Shown piece after piece: positions 1 to 8,433 of a stretch of DNA of 64,000 nt. The notes under the pieces are model-generated. The model was not told where the DNA came from, searched no databases, and worked only from the letters and a program-made list of their open reading frames with translations. Made by a program: the position numbers and the translations under genes. Source of the stretch: a virus (taxonomy: Duplodnaviria; Caudoviricetes); the IMG/VR virus record IMGVR_UViG_3300026549_000045, positions 71,135-135,134 of that record, one strand, 5' to 3'. Every line of letters starts with the position of its first letter. The stretch's first letter is position 1.

Positions 1-255
1 GAGGTAGAGCCGAAGGACGTTGCGCCATCGCTGGATTGGATTGCCGACAGCATGACGGACACGTTCTACTCTGAGCATCCGATTGACGATGACCAAGACG
101 TACAAATTAACAACCGCAAGGAGGCTGAGAAGGCATGGGAAGAGTTCGTTACGAAATATTTCGAGCTGCCTTGCTCGATTACGGCTACGTGGATTGGCAC
201 GTATGACATCAAAGAGCACAAGTGGCTTGAGCGTTACGACCAAGAGAAAGCATAG
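1..255 (+). CDS. Hypothetical phage protein, 5'-truncated by the window edge
   Basis: Frame is open from base 1 (EVEPKDVAPSLDWIADSMTDTF...) to the stop at 255; next gene starts 3 nt later. Confidence 0.6.
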   Translation, partial: EVEPKDVAPSLDWIADSMTDTFYSEHPIDDDQDVQINNRKEAEKAWEEFVTKYFELPCSITATWIGTYDIKEHKWLERYDQEKA

Positions 256-258
256 CCT

Positions 259-1170
259 ATGGGAGTCATGAGACAGCAGGGCATGAAGAAAGAGGAGTTG
301 ACTGAACTGTCAATACAGAAGCGACTCAACCACTTCTTTGCCACATATAAATACAAAGCAGACGGGCTGTATGTATTCTCGTGGGAAAGCGACAAGCTCA
401 TTTGGACGCGAAGCGGATACATCTACGAGTTTGAGATCAAGATAAGCCGCTCCGACTTTAAGAACGATTTCAAGCATAAGAAAGAAAAGCATATTGTACT
501 CGGTCAGGACTACACGGGCGAGAAGTTTATGCCGTCGTTCTTCCAACATTATGAGTTGAACAAGGAGAGTTATGCAAAGCAAGGCAAGACTCTTGATGAC
601 GTGAAACGCGGAGCCAAAGGCAGTGACCTGTGTTGCAATCACCGACGTCCCAACTATTTCTACTATGCCGTGCCGACTGGTATGATAGAGCCCGACGAGG
701 TGCCGCCATACGCAGGGCTGATATACATCGACAGCGAGTATCACTATGTGGCGCAGTCGTTCCGCATCGTCAAGGAGGCTCCGTGCCTACACAAAACGAA
801 GTACAAAGATGCAGAACTAAACCTTGGCGAGAAGTTCTATTACAACTGGCAGACCGCACTTCGCAACCTGCACGACGCATGCAAGAGGGCTGAGACTGCA
901 GAGGGAAAGCTGCAGCGAGAGTTGAACCGCCAGCACCACGACCGCACTTGGGAGGACCTTGAGCGAGACTTGGAATACAACAAGGAGCGTAGCGACAGAT
1001 ACAGCCGTTTATACTACGAATATCAGCACAATGCCCTCATCGACCGTCAGGAGATACGACTGTTGCGCCGTGAACTATTGAAGCTCCAACCCGATTTTGA
1101 CTACAAGGCTATCGAGCAGGAGGCTGAGCGATATCACGGCAAGCGTCATACGCTCGAAGAACTGACATGA
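259..1170 (+). CDS. PD-(D/E)xK nuclease-like protein (MmcB-like) with coiled-coil C-terminus
   Basis: Motif ESD...YEFEIKISRSDFKND followed by PNYFYYAVP and PYAGLIY. Confidence 0.6.
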   Translation: MGVMRQQGMKKEELTELSIQKRLNHFFATYKYKADGLYVFSWESDKLIWTRSGYIYEFEIKISRSDFKNDFKHKKEKHIVLGQDYTGEKFMPSFFQHYELNKESYAKQGKTLDDVKRGAKGSDLCCNHRRPNYFYYAVPTGMIEPDEVPPYAGLIYIDSEYHYVAQSFRIVKEAPCLHKTKYKDAELNLGEKFYYNWQTALRNLHDACKRAETAEGKLQRELNRQHHDRTWEDLERDLEYNKERSDRYSRLYYEYQHNALIDRQEIRLLRRELLKLQPDFDYKAIEQEAERYHGKRHTLEELT

Positions 1171-1220
1171 CAGACAAAAAATAGATAACCCTATTTATAA
1201 ACCCTTTAAACATTACAACA

Positions 1221-1694
1221 ATGAGAACAAAAACAGCAATTTGGTTTGAGTGCAAGATCCGCTATGAGAAAGTCATGGAAGACGGATTGCAGAAGAAAGT
1301 GACTGAACAGTATGTCGTTGACGCATTGTCGTTCGGCGATGCAGAGAACCGCATCGTGGAAGAGATGTCGAGCTACATCAGCGGCGAGTTTGAAGTAAAG
1401 GACGTGAAGATGGCCACCTACAAGGAGGTGTTCTTCTGTGATGATGCAGATGCCGACAAGTGGTTTAAGGCAAAGCTCCAGTTTATCACCATCGACGAGA
1501 AGACCGAGAAGGAGAAACGCTCCACCGTTTACTACCTGGTACAGGCCGCTTCGTTCGACGGAGCCGTCAAGAACATCAACGACGTGATGAACGGCACGAT
1601 GATTGACTACAACAAGTCGAACATCAGCGAGACGAAGATCATGGATGTGTTTGAGTACACTAAGAAGGAGTCTGATGGTGAAGACAAAGATTGA
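1221..1694 (+). CDS. DUF4494 family protein (Bacteroidetes)
   Basis: WFECKIRYEK...QKKVTEQYVVDALSF...WFKAKLQFITIDEK...ETKIMDVF pattern. Confidence 0.8.
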   Translation: MRTKTAIWFECKIRYEKVMEDGLQKKVTEQYVVDALSFGDAENRIVEEMSSYISGEFEVKDVKMATYKEVFFCDDADADKWFKAKLQFITIDEKTEKEKRSTVYYLVQAASFDGAVKNINDVMNGTMIDYNKSNISETKIMDVFEYTKKESDGEDKD

Positions 1695-1992
1695 GTTCAA
1701 ACAATTTCACGACGCTTACGGCAAGGCTTACGGAGAGAAAATCGACCGTATAGCCGCCGAGCGTGCGTGGAAACGACTCAACGACCACGACCGCCGTGCT
1801 GCCATTGCCGGCATTGCCGCCTATCGTGACTACTGCCGTAGCAAGGGCATTGCCATGAAGTACCCCAGCGGCTACCTGAACCTGCATAGATGGGAGATTG
1901 AAGAGGTGGATAATGGCGTAAGCCAAAAGACTACCGGAACAAAAACGGAACATTCTGATCCAGATGCCCTTGCGGATATGGACGAATGGTAG
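1675..1992 (+). CDS. Small protein resembling the C-terminal domain of phage replication proteins
   Basis: ATG at 1675 after AAGGAG, in frame with the 1603 ORF; F..F..AY...K..R..AE.AWKRL...KYPSGYLN..RWE pattern. Confidence 0.5.
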   Translation: MVKTKIEFKQFHDAYGKAYGEKIDRIAAERAWKRLNDHDRRAAIAGIAAYRDYCRSKGIAMKYPSGYLNLHRWEIEEVDNGVSQKTTGTKTEHSDPDALADMDEW

Positions 1993-2000
1993 TAACTTTG
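1993..2000 (+). promoter_or_regulatory. Bacteroidetes sigma-A -7 element (TAACTTTG)
   Basis: Matches TAnnTTTG 28 nt upstream of the 2029 ATG. Confidence 0.45.
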
Positions 2001-2028
2001 CAATGTATCACTAAAATCAATAACGACA

Positions 2029-2445
2029 ATGGCGAAACATAAAGACCTGCAGCCGTGGCTCGATTATTTCGATATGCTGCACACTTACGAAGAGAACGGC
2101 TTCCTGCTGATGAAGCCTGATGAACACGAGGCTTATGTCACACAGCCTGCACTCTATACGCTGTCGGCGCGAGCTGCACGTATAGCCGTCACGCCCGACA
2201 ATGCCGAACTGTTGCAACAGCAGTTGGCCAGCGACATGCCTGTCATCCTGCGTCGCCTGCGCGCTTACGCCGGGTGGAAGAGTACGCAGGGTAGCGGCTA
2301 TCTCGGTCAGCCGTTCTCGCTGCACATGATGATGCCTGACGCACCTTACGATCCGATATGTACTTTCCTGATGACACGCCGTCGCCATTGGTGGTGGCCG
2401 TGGCGAAAAATGGACTGCATCGAGATTATTCCTTACAATGATTAG
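2029..2445 (+). CDS. Hypothetical protein
   Basis: 138-aa ORF with AT-rich leader, tightly packed with the next ORF. Confidence 0.7.
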   Translation: MAKHKDLQPWLDYFDMLHTYEENGFLLMKPDEHEAYVTQPALYTLSARAARIAVTPDNAELLQQQLASDMPVILRRLRAYAGWKSTQGSGYLGQPFSLHMMMPDAPYDPICTFLMTRRRHWWWPWRKMDCIEIIPYND

Positions 2446-2448
2446 AAA

Positions 2449-2787
2449 ATGGAAGACAGTAGACAGTTTTATCAGGTCATTCACGACCACTACAACCTTC
2501 GCACCTCCGACCATCTGGAGCATGGCTATGAGGAAGAAAGCGAATACCGAAAGGCATTGCGTCTGCTGGTTGGGCGATGGCGCGACCGTATTGGCGAAGC
2601 TATCGACGAGCGTCACGAGTTCCTACTCCTACGCTTCCATGATACGCCAGGTGGCGTACCCGACGAAGCATGGTTGCCGCGTCTGGTGCTGAAATCTGTT
2701 CCGGTTCCCGACTACATGCTTGAAGAAGAGTCCAGTTCTTCAGACAGCATCAATGAAGAACTTGATAAAGCCTTCGGTTTCGATTGA
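2449..2787 (+). CDS. Hypothetical protein
   Basis: 112-aa ORF ending just before a terminator hairpin. Confidence 0.7.
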   Translation: MEDSRQFYQVIHDHYNLRTSDHLEHGYEEESEYRKALRLLVGRWRDRIGEAIDERHEFLLLRFHDTPGGVPDEAWLPRLVLKSVPVPDYMLEEESSSSDSINEELDKAFGFD

Positions 2788-2801
2788 AGGCCCTACCCTA
2801 C

Positions 2802-2842
2802 AAAAAAGACCGCTATCCCTCTCGGACAGCGGTCTTCTCTTT
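2802..2842. terminator. Probable bidirectional intrinsic terminator
   Basis: AAGACCGCTATCC-ctctc-GGACAGCGGTCTT stem flanked by A and T runs, between convergent genes. Confidence 0.7.
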
Positions 2843-2942
2843 AATAACTAAAAACCTAAAACTATAAATATTACTACTAACCTAAAACAATTTCTGTAAT
2901 GTCGCCACATCACTTGCCAATGAAAAACACTTCTATTATCAA

Positions 2943-3320
2943 CTATTCATTACTTACATTCTCCTTATCTTCGATGCTTGGCTGCTCTGTTTCCACGTCG
3001 CTCATGTTTGGCTGACGTGCGTCGCGGTCAAGCGTCATATTTCCCTGCAATACCTTTCCTGGGTCAATCTCCTTGTAGCCACCGGCTACCGTCAGCTTGC
3101 AGACAATAATCATGCCAAAGGGCACTGCGAGCAACAGCGGATAGATGTCCGTCCACCACTCATGCGGAATGGCTCCACCTATCACCATGATCTGATTAAC
3201 GCCGAATGCCGTCACCATGATACAGGCACACAGCACCACCAGCTGCCGAAAGAAGCGGGGCATCTTTCCTACCCAGCGTCCTTTCAGTTCGCTACTCTGT
3301 CGTTTTATTGTTTCTCCCAT
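2943..3320 (-). CDS. Putative holin (two transmembrane helices)
   Basis: Two hydrophobic stretches (LVVLCACIMVTAFGV; IYPLLLAVPFGMIIVC), basic N-terminus and charged C-terminus. Confidence 0.5.
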   Translation of the reverse strand: MGETIKRQSSELKGRWVGKMPRFFRQLVVLCACIMVTAFGVNQIMVIGGAIPHEWWTDIYPLLLAVPFGMIIVCKLTVAGGYKEIDPGKVLQGNMTLDRDARQPNMSDVETEQPSIEDKENVSNE

Positions 3321-3325
3321 AGTCG

Positions 3326-3736
3326 TTACTTCTTCTTTCTGATTTTAATTCCTTCGTCGTAAGCCTCTATCGTACTGTTCAGAGCCTTTACGTCAGACGA
3401 TAATTCACCTATATACTTTACCATCTCCAGTTTGAAGTCTGTGAGGAGTTTCACTATTTCGTCCTGTTTCTTGGAGTGGCTGTCCTGTCGGGTATGGATT
3501 TTCTCAATGTCCTTACTGATGTTGTCAATGTCCTTGGCTACATTCTCCTGCAAGTGACGGATAGACTTTTCCACGTCCTCTTTGTCCTGCTTGACGTCAT
3601 CCTGCAAATCCGTGAGGGCTTTTTCCAATACCAGAACCCTTGATTTCAGTGAGTATCCTTCGCGCAACAGCCATCCTATAGCTGCCAACGCTGCAGACAG
3701 CAAGATTTTCCAAATATCTGTAAAGATTTGATCCAT
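3326..3736 (-). CDS. Membrane-anchored coiled-coil protein (holin or lysis-associated)
   Basis: N-terminal TM (IWKILLSAALAAIGWLL) followed by heptad-rich region. Confidence 0.5.
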   Translation of the reverse strand: MDQIFTDIWKILLSAALAAIGWLLREGYSLKSRVLVLEKALTDLQDDVKQDKEDVEKSIRHLQENVAKDIDNISKDIEKIHTRQDSHSKKQDEIVKLLTDFKLEMVKYIGELSSDVKALNSTIEAYDEGIKIRKKK

Positions 3737-3767
3737 TTCTACTTTTTGTCGTTATATCGTTCTACTG

Positions 3768-3803
3768 CAAATATACCCATATATGTCTGCTGCGTCAAGG
3801 GCA
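3768..3803 (-). promoter_or_regulatory. Phage-specific promoter copy (TGCCCTTGAC-N18-TATATTTG)
   Basis: GTCAAGGGCA at 3794-3803 and CAAATATA at 3768-3775, upstream of the 3736 start. Confidence 0.75.
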
Positions 3804-3804
3804 T

Positions 3805-4893
3805 TTAGCCTTCAAGCGCCAACGTTACCGTGAAATCCACATGTGGCATCTGCTGTTTTGTCTTGTCGTATATGTCGATGCTTTTCTTCGATGCCTCTAC
3901 GATGACCGGCACATAGCGGCCCTTGTAGAGCATCCACCACTGCTTGGCCATCAGGAACTCCAGCGTCCACCATTCGGCCCAGTCGCGCGTCTGATACCCA
4001 GACGACATTCCCCAGCTTCTTCTTCCTCCACTTGCTATTGCCATGAGCGAACGTTCTGGCTTGAACGTCGGACGTCCTGCGTGGGCGTACTGCTGTGTCT
4101 CCACCGTGATGTTCATATCCTCCTTCATCATTCCGCTACAGGTCTCTATGGCTCCGCGACGGTTCACGAACAGGAAGTCAACATACGGACGGTAGTCACG
4201 CAACACAATGGGTGCATGGGCCGACTGTCCGTCTTCAGCCGTAATGGCTTTCGATGGGTAAAACAGCGAGCGCGTTGCACCCTCCTGTACATCTACCCAC
4301 GATGTGATGCTGTCCTCTCCTACCAGCTCAGGTGAACTGGTTGGCTTCGTGCTGGCATCGCCATTACGCAGATTCGTATGTTCCAGATGCGACACATCGG
4401 CATCTTCCTTGTTTGCGATCAGCGAACGCTCCATCTCCGTCATTCCTCCCAACAGGCACTTACCTCCAGGAATCAGCTTATTGCCATTGTCGTCTGTGCA
4501 TTGCGTCGAGGTAAACACGCCTCCGTCGTCGCTCGAAAGGTATTCGGTGAATATCTCCAGCGTGTACGAACGCATAGCACGCGACTGTTCCTTGGCCGCT
4601 ACGCTGGTAGCGGTCGTAGCCGCCTGCGCCTTGCCTACTTCATCCGTATAGTCGTAATCGCTCCATATAGCCCGAAGTGCCGACTGGATATTAAACTCTA
4701 TGCTCGACTGTCTGCCCGTGTCCTGATGGAAGTCGCCCACACGTTTACCGCCATAGTTCACGTACACCCTGACGATGTTAAACGGTGAACTGGCTGGCCA
4801 TTGGAGTCCACTGATATTGATGATGACGGGAGCATCGGCAAAGTACGTCTTGCCGTTGCCGAACATCCCTGATACTGTTACTATGTTTGCCAT
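3805..4893 (-). CDS. Putative tail or tail-tip structural protein
   Basis: 362 aa, beta-rich, FLFVNRRGAIET motif typical of Bacteroidetes phage tail proteins; co-transcribed with 4903-8310. Confidence 0.5.
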   Translation of the reverse strand: MANIVTVSGMFGNGKTYFADAPVIINISGLQWPASSPFNIVRVYVNYGGKRVGDFHQDTGRQSSIEFNIQSALRAIWSDYDYTDEVGKAQAATTATSVAAKEQSRAMRSYTLEIFTEYLSSDDGGVFTSTQCTDDNGNKLIPGGKCLLGGMTEMERSLIANKEDADVSHLEHTNLRNGDASTKPTSSPELVGEDSITSWVDVQEGATRSLFYPSKAITAEDGQSAHAPIVLRDYRPYVDFLFVNRRGAIETCSGMMKEDMNITVETQQYAHAGRPTFKPERSLMAIASGGRRSWGMSSGYQTRDWAEWWTLEFLMAKQWWMLYKGRYVPVIVEASKKSIDIYDKTKQQMPHVDFTVTLALEG

Positions 4894-4902
4894 AACTTGA
4901 AA

Positions 4903-7900
4903 CTAAATATACATAATCTCCATTGTCACATTCCCCAGTCCTGTTTTGTTGTTAACGGAGTACTGCATCTTGCGGATATATCCCGTGATGTCGCCGATAG
5001 TCACCTTCTTGGTCTTGTCGATGGCCAGCAACTGTGCCAGTTCCATGCGCACCGTGCGGTTGGCTATGCGGGCGTTTCTGATCCAGAAACTGTACTCCTT
5101 GTAGAACTGGTCTATCAGTCCACGACCACGCAGATTCGGATTGCTGATTTCCAGATAGCGGCGGTTGGTGGCGCTCTCTGGCTGCTTCGGGTCAAAGTAC
5201 GGATTCAGTTTCTCGGCACGCAGTTTCAGCGAGAAGCGTCCGTCCGTAACACCCAGTCCGTTGTCAAGATCACGCTCTGTAGCATAGCCGTAATAGACGG
5301 CTCTCAGATAGGCGAGGTCGCTCCAGTTCGGTGGGTTGACGGCATAGATGAGTCGCAGGTTATCGTGGTTCACAAGGTCAAACTGGTATTGGTTCCACAA
5401 GTTGAGAATGTATTCTTTCAGTTCTTCTCTGGTGTAAACCGACGGTCCCATATACGAACGGGTGGAAGATGCAGCTATCGGAGTGGCATAGACATTCACG
5501 TATCCTTCAGATGGAGAGTTGATGACCAGCTTGTAGTAATAATACTTGGCTTGTCGTGTCAGGTCGCCGCTGACCTCCCATCCTGCGTTGGCAAGTTCCT
5601 GCACCGTTACCGGCCATCTTGGGTCAAGTATGGTATTGGCCGTGTCAGGATAGCGCGAACGGATTTCATACTCCGCTTCTGCTGCAGAATCAACATGTAT
5701 CGTTCCGTTGTAATCCCACTCGTTACCGTAGTTGTCGCAGGTGTCCGGGTGAGCAGAAACATTGCTGCCAGGCATCACTTCCCACGTATCGTTTCCTTCT
5801 CCATCGTCCGGGTCAGCCGTATATTCCACGTGCATATCGCTGCCACTGCCGCGCATAATGCCCAGCGTCAGACCCCAGTCTTTTGTCTCGATGGGTGTCA
5901 CGCCATCGTCGTTAGGCTCGAAGTTGTCCTGCAGGTATAGGCGGTAGCCCTCGTTGATGTGGCCGTCAATATTGAAACTTACGGGCCAATTGATGTAAAA
6001 AGAATCATAGTATTTATAGTCATGACCGCCTTCTCCGTCGTAACCGTCTCTTTCTAACAAGACTCTACTTGTAAGATTGATGTTCAGTCCGTTTCTCCTT
6101 GCAAACATATCCGATGCAATGGCAAATTCACCAGGCTTTACGATGCCGTCTTCCGACGTCATCTTAGACTCGGAACTCGGGCCGTGTTTGGCATACAAAT
6201 CGTCAACATTGTACCTTGCATCCGAATCGTTGTATGACTTGATGTTTGGCTGACCTTCCTTTGGCAGATCTTCCAAGTCGGGACGGCGTGGCCGCATGGA
6301 GGCATCGACAAACAAGGCGTATCGCTGCTCCTCAGATTCTCCGTCGCGCTGCTTCTCAAAGTTAACGTCGTTCATGATCGCTGGAGCAAAGCCAACCTGA
6401 ATGGTCTCAATCGTTTCCTCCTCGCCCGTGCAATTGCCATCCTCTGCATCCATGTATCCTGCGTACTCGAAGAGCGACGGATGCAATTCGTCGTATCGCT
6501 TTGCGTCTTTGTCAACCTTGATTCCAAATGCGTCGCCTGTCTTCGGGTCAACATAACAGGTCTTGTCGAACGCAGACACCTTGTGGATCAGACTGCCGTA
6601 GTCGGCATTCAGATTCCAATGCGAATAGTCGTGTTTGTCGCTGTCGTCAACCCATATTTCCTTCTTGTGTGGAAGTTTGTCGGCAAATCCCTTATAGTAG
6701 AATGTCGTGTCTTCGCTATCTCCGTATGTCATGCGGAAACCGCGAATACAATTCTCCAGCTTCCCCTCAGAAATAATCTCGCACTCGATATTCTGTACAT
6801 CATCGCTACGGAAGATGTTACGCAGTAGCACAATGCGAACGCGCTGATAGTCGTCGCTAAACAGGAAGCGAACGCCGAAGCCACTCTCTATAGCCTTGAT
6901 AACCTCGCTGATGTCCGCATTGGGGAAACATTCGCTGGTGGCAATGGCATCGTGCAGGTAGCGGTTTCTGGCCAACGACTTATTCCCGTTATATCCGTCG
7001 TAGTATGCCCTGACAGAATCGCTCATACCTGCTACCTCTTTCACTTTGACTATAATTCGCTCAATTTGAAGGCTTTCTATTTTCCTGTCTATTGCTGTAA
7101 CATCTTCTGGTGCGACGTCATAATGGTCGTATGAAGGTTTTCCAACGGTAATTCCGTAACTTGTAAAACCACAGTCTTCAGGCTTTGTTATTTTCTGAGG
7201 GCCATTGAATCTCTTGCCATCCTTTTCACCGAAATATTCAGGAACCAAGTCACCACCGCTTCCGAACTGATACTTACCGAGCGACCCGTCGTATTTGTTC
7301 GGATTACGCAAATAATTCGGCTCTTTATAGGCACATTTAGTGTTGACAAAGAACAGTCGGCGAAGGTCTTCAACGTCCATCATCTGATTCTCGACGATAT
7401 GAATACCAAGGTGCTTCATCAGTGATTTGAGCCAATAGATGACGAAGAAATTAGGTGCAGAGTTTACGCGGTTGGCAGGCATCACGTCATAGCCGCGTTG
7501 CGCTTCCGGCTCGCTGGCGTAATCGTTATAGGTGCTTCCGTCCTGGTTCTTTTTTAAGTAGCCGGACTTCTGATAGCAGAGGGCAATATTGCAGTACGGA
7601 TGTGCATCGTCGTATGGTGTGTCGGTGTTCAGACAGTTTATCTCTTCGTCGTTGACACCCGTCTTCCAGTTGTCGAACTTTCCTTTTGGAAATACCATTC
7701 GCGGATATTGCTGAACAGAATTGCCGTCTTCTTCACCGTCAAACGAGAATGGCGTCAACTCTGGATCTTCATCGCCAATCTCTACGGCATGAACCGTATG
7801 CGTAACGACCGATGGGTACGATGTGCTTCCGTCTGAGAATACAGCAGAAGCTGTGAGCTTCAGATTGGTACATGCCCAGCGTTTACGCCACAAGGCCACG

Positions 7901-8310
7901 CCAATTCTCACGTCGCTCATCATCGGTACCTGGTTTGCCTTGGCACCCTCTATCATCTCGTCGAAAGTTTTCTGACCGCTCTCAAAGCCCACGTCCACAT
8001 TACCCTTTGCATCCACTTCCACCTCGTCGTCCAGTTTCAGATAGCCATAGTAGAGAGCCACCTCCTCTACCCACAAACGCGCCCGGCGCTTGTTGATCTG
8101 CTCATGCAGACGGCTGCCGTGCATGTCGCCTGCCGTGCCGAAGATGTGGGCATTGGCGCGGACGTTCAGCGTAAACGAATGACTCCACACGTCACCGCTG
8201 GCGAAGACTTCGCTTGTATCGGTAATCGTGATGCTGGCGTCCTCCGGCAGCCAGGCAAACTTACTGCCTGTGCCTTCGAGGTCGAAGATTTCAAGTCTGA
8301 GATGTTCCAT
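4903..8310 (-). CDS. Large putative tail-tip or baseplate hub protein
   Basis: 1135 aa; N-terminal LPEDASITITDTSEVF..G..SHSFTL...NAHIFG pattern and C-terminal KKVTIGDITGYIRKMQYSV. Confidence 0.55.
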   Translation of the reverse strand: MEHLRLEIFDLEGTGSKFAWLPEDASITITDTSEVFASGDVWSHSFTLNVRANAHIFGTAGDMHGSRLHEQINKRRARLWVEEVALYYGYLKLDDEVEVDAKGNVDVGFESGQKTFDEMIEGAKANQVPMMSDVRIGVALWRKRWACTNLKLTASAVFSDGSTSYPSVVTHTVHAVEIGDEDPELTPFSFDGEEDGNSVQQYPRMVFPKGKFDNWKTGVNDEEINCLNTDTPYDDAHPYCNIALCYQKSGYLKKNQDGSTYNDYASEPEAQRGYDVMPANRVNSAPNFFVIYWLKSLMKHLGIHIVENQMMDVEDLRRLFFVNTKCAYKEPNYLRNPNKYDGSLGKYQFGSGGDLVPEYFGEKDGKRFNGPQKITKPEDCGFTSYGITVGKPSYDHYDVAPEDVTAIDRKIESLQIERIIVKVKEVAGMSDSVRAYYDGYNGNKSLARNRYLHDAIATSECFPNADISEVIKAIESGFGVRFLFSDDYQRVRIVLLRNIFRSDDVQNIECEIISEGKLENCIRGFRMTYGDSEDTTFYYKGFADKLPHKKEIWVDDSDKHDYSHWNLNADYGSLIHKVSAFDKTCYVDPKTGDAFGIKVDKDAKRYDELHPSLFEYAGYMDAEDGNCTGEEETIETIQVGFAPAIMNDVNFEKQRDGESEEQRYALFVDASMRPRRPDLEDLPKEGQPNIKSYNDSDARYNVDDLYAKHGPSSESKMTSEDGIVKPGEFAIASDMFARRNGLNINLTSRVLLERDGYDGEGGHDYKYYDSFYINWPVSFNIDGHINEGYRLYLQDNFEPNDDGVTPIETKDWGLTLGIMRGSGSDMHVEYTADPDDGEGNDTWEVMPGSNVSAHPDTCDNYGNEWDYNGTIHVDSAAEAEYEIRSRYPDTANTILDPRWPVTVQELANAGWEVSGDLTRQAKYYYYKLVINSPSEGYVNVYATPIAASSTRSYMGPSVYTREELKEYILNLWNQYQFDLVNHDNLRLIYAVNPPNWSDLAYLRAVYYGYATERDLDNGLGVTDGRFSLKLRAEKLNPYFDPKQPESATNRRYLEISNPNLRGRGLIDQFYKEYSFWIRNARIANRTVRMELAQLLAIDKTKKVTIGDITGYIRKMQYSVNNKTGLGNVTMEIMYI

Positions 8311-8328
8311 ATTTACATTTATTTTCCT

Positions 8329-8418
8329 CCAATATCGTCATTCCGCACACAAAAGTCAAGGGCAAATGGCATCGGTTCAGGTTGCCCTTGACTTTCTTTC
8401 GCCTATATAGTATATTGC
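8329..8418. promoter_or_regulatory. Back-to-back divergent pair of the phage-specific promoter
   Basis: GTCAAGGGCA 8355-8364 (minus strand, N18-GATATTGG) and TGCCCTTGAC 8383-8392 (plus strand, N18-TATATTGC) between divergent genes. Confidence 0.8.
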
Positions 8419-8433
8419 GGGAAAAACAAAGAT

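Noticed and set aside
8354-8393. Inverted repeat AGTCAAGGGCAA/TTGCCCTTGACT as an invertase site or terminator
   Set aside because: Explained as two divergent copies of the promoter motif, each with its own -7 box at 18 nt; no recombinase in the window
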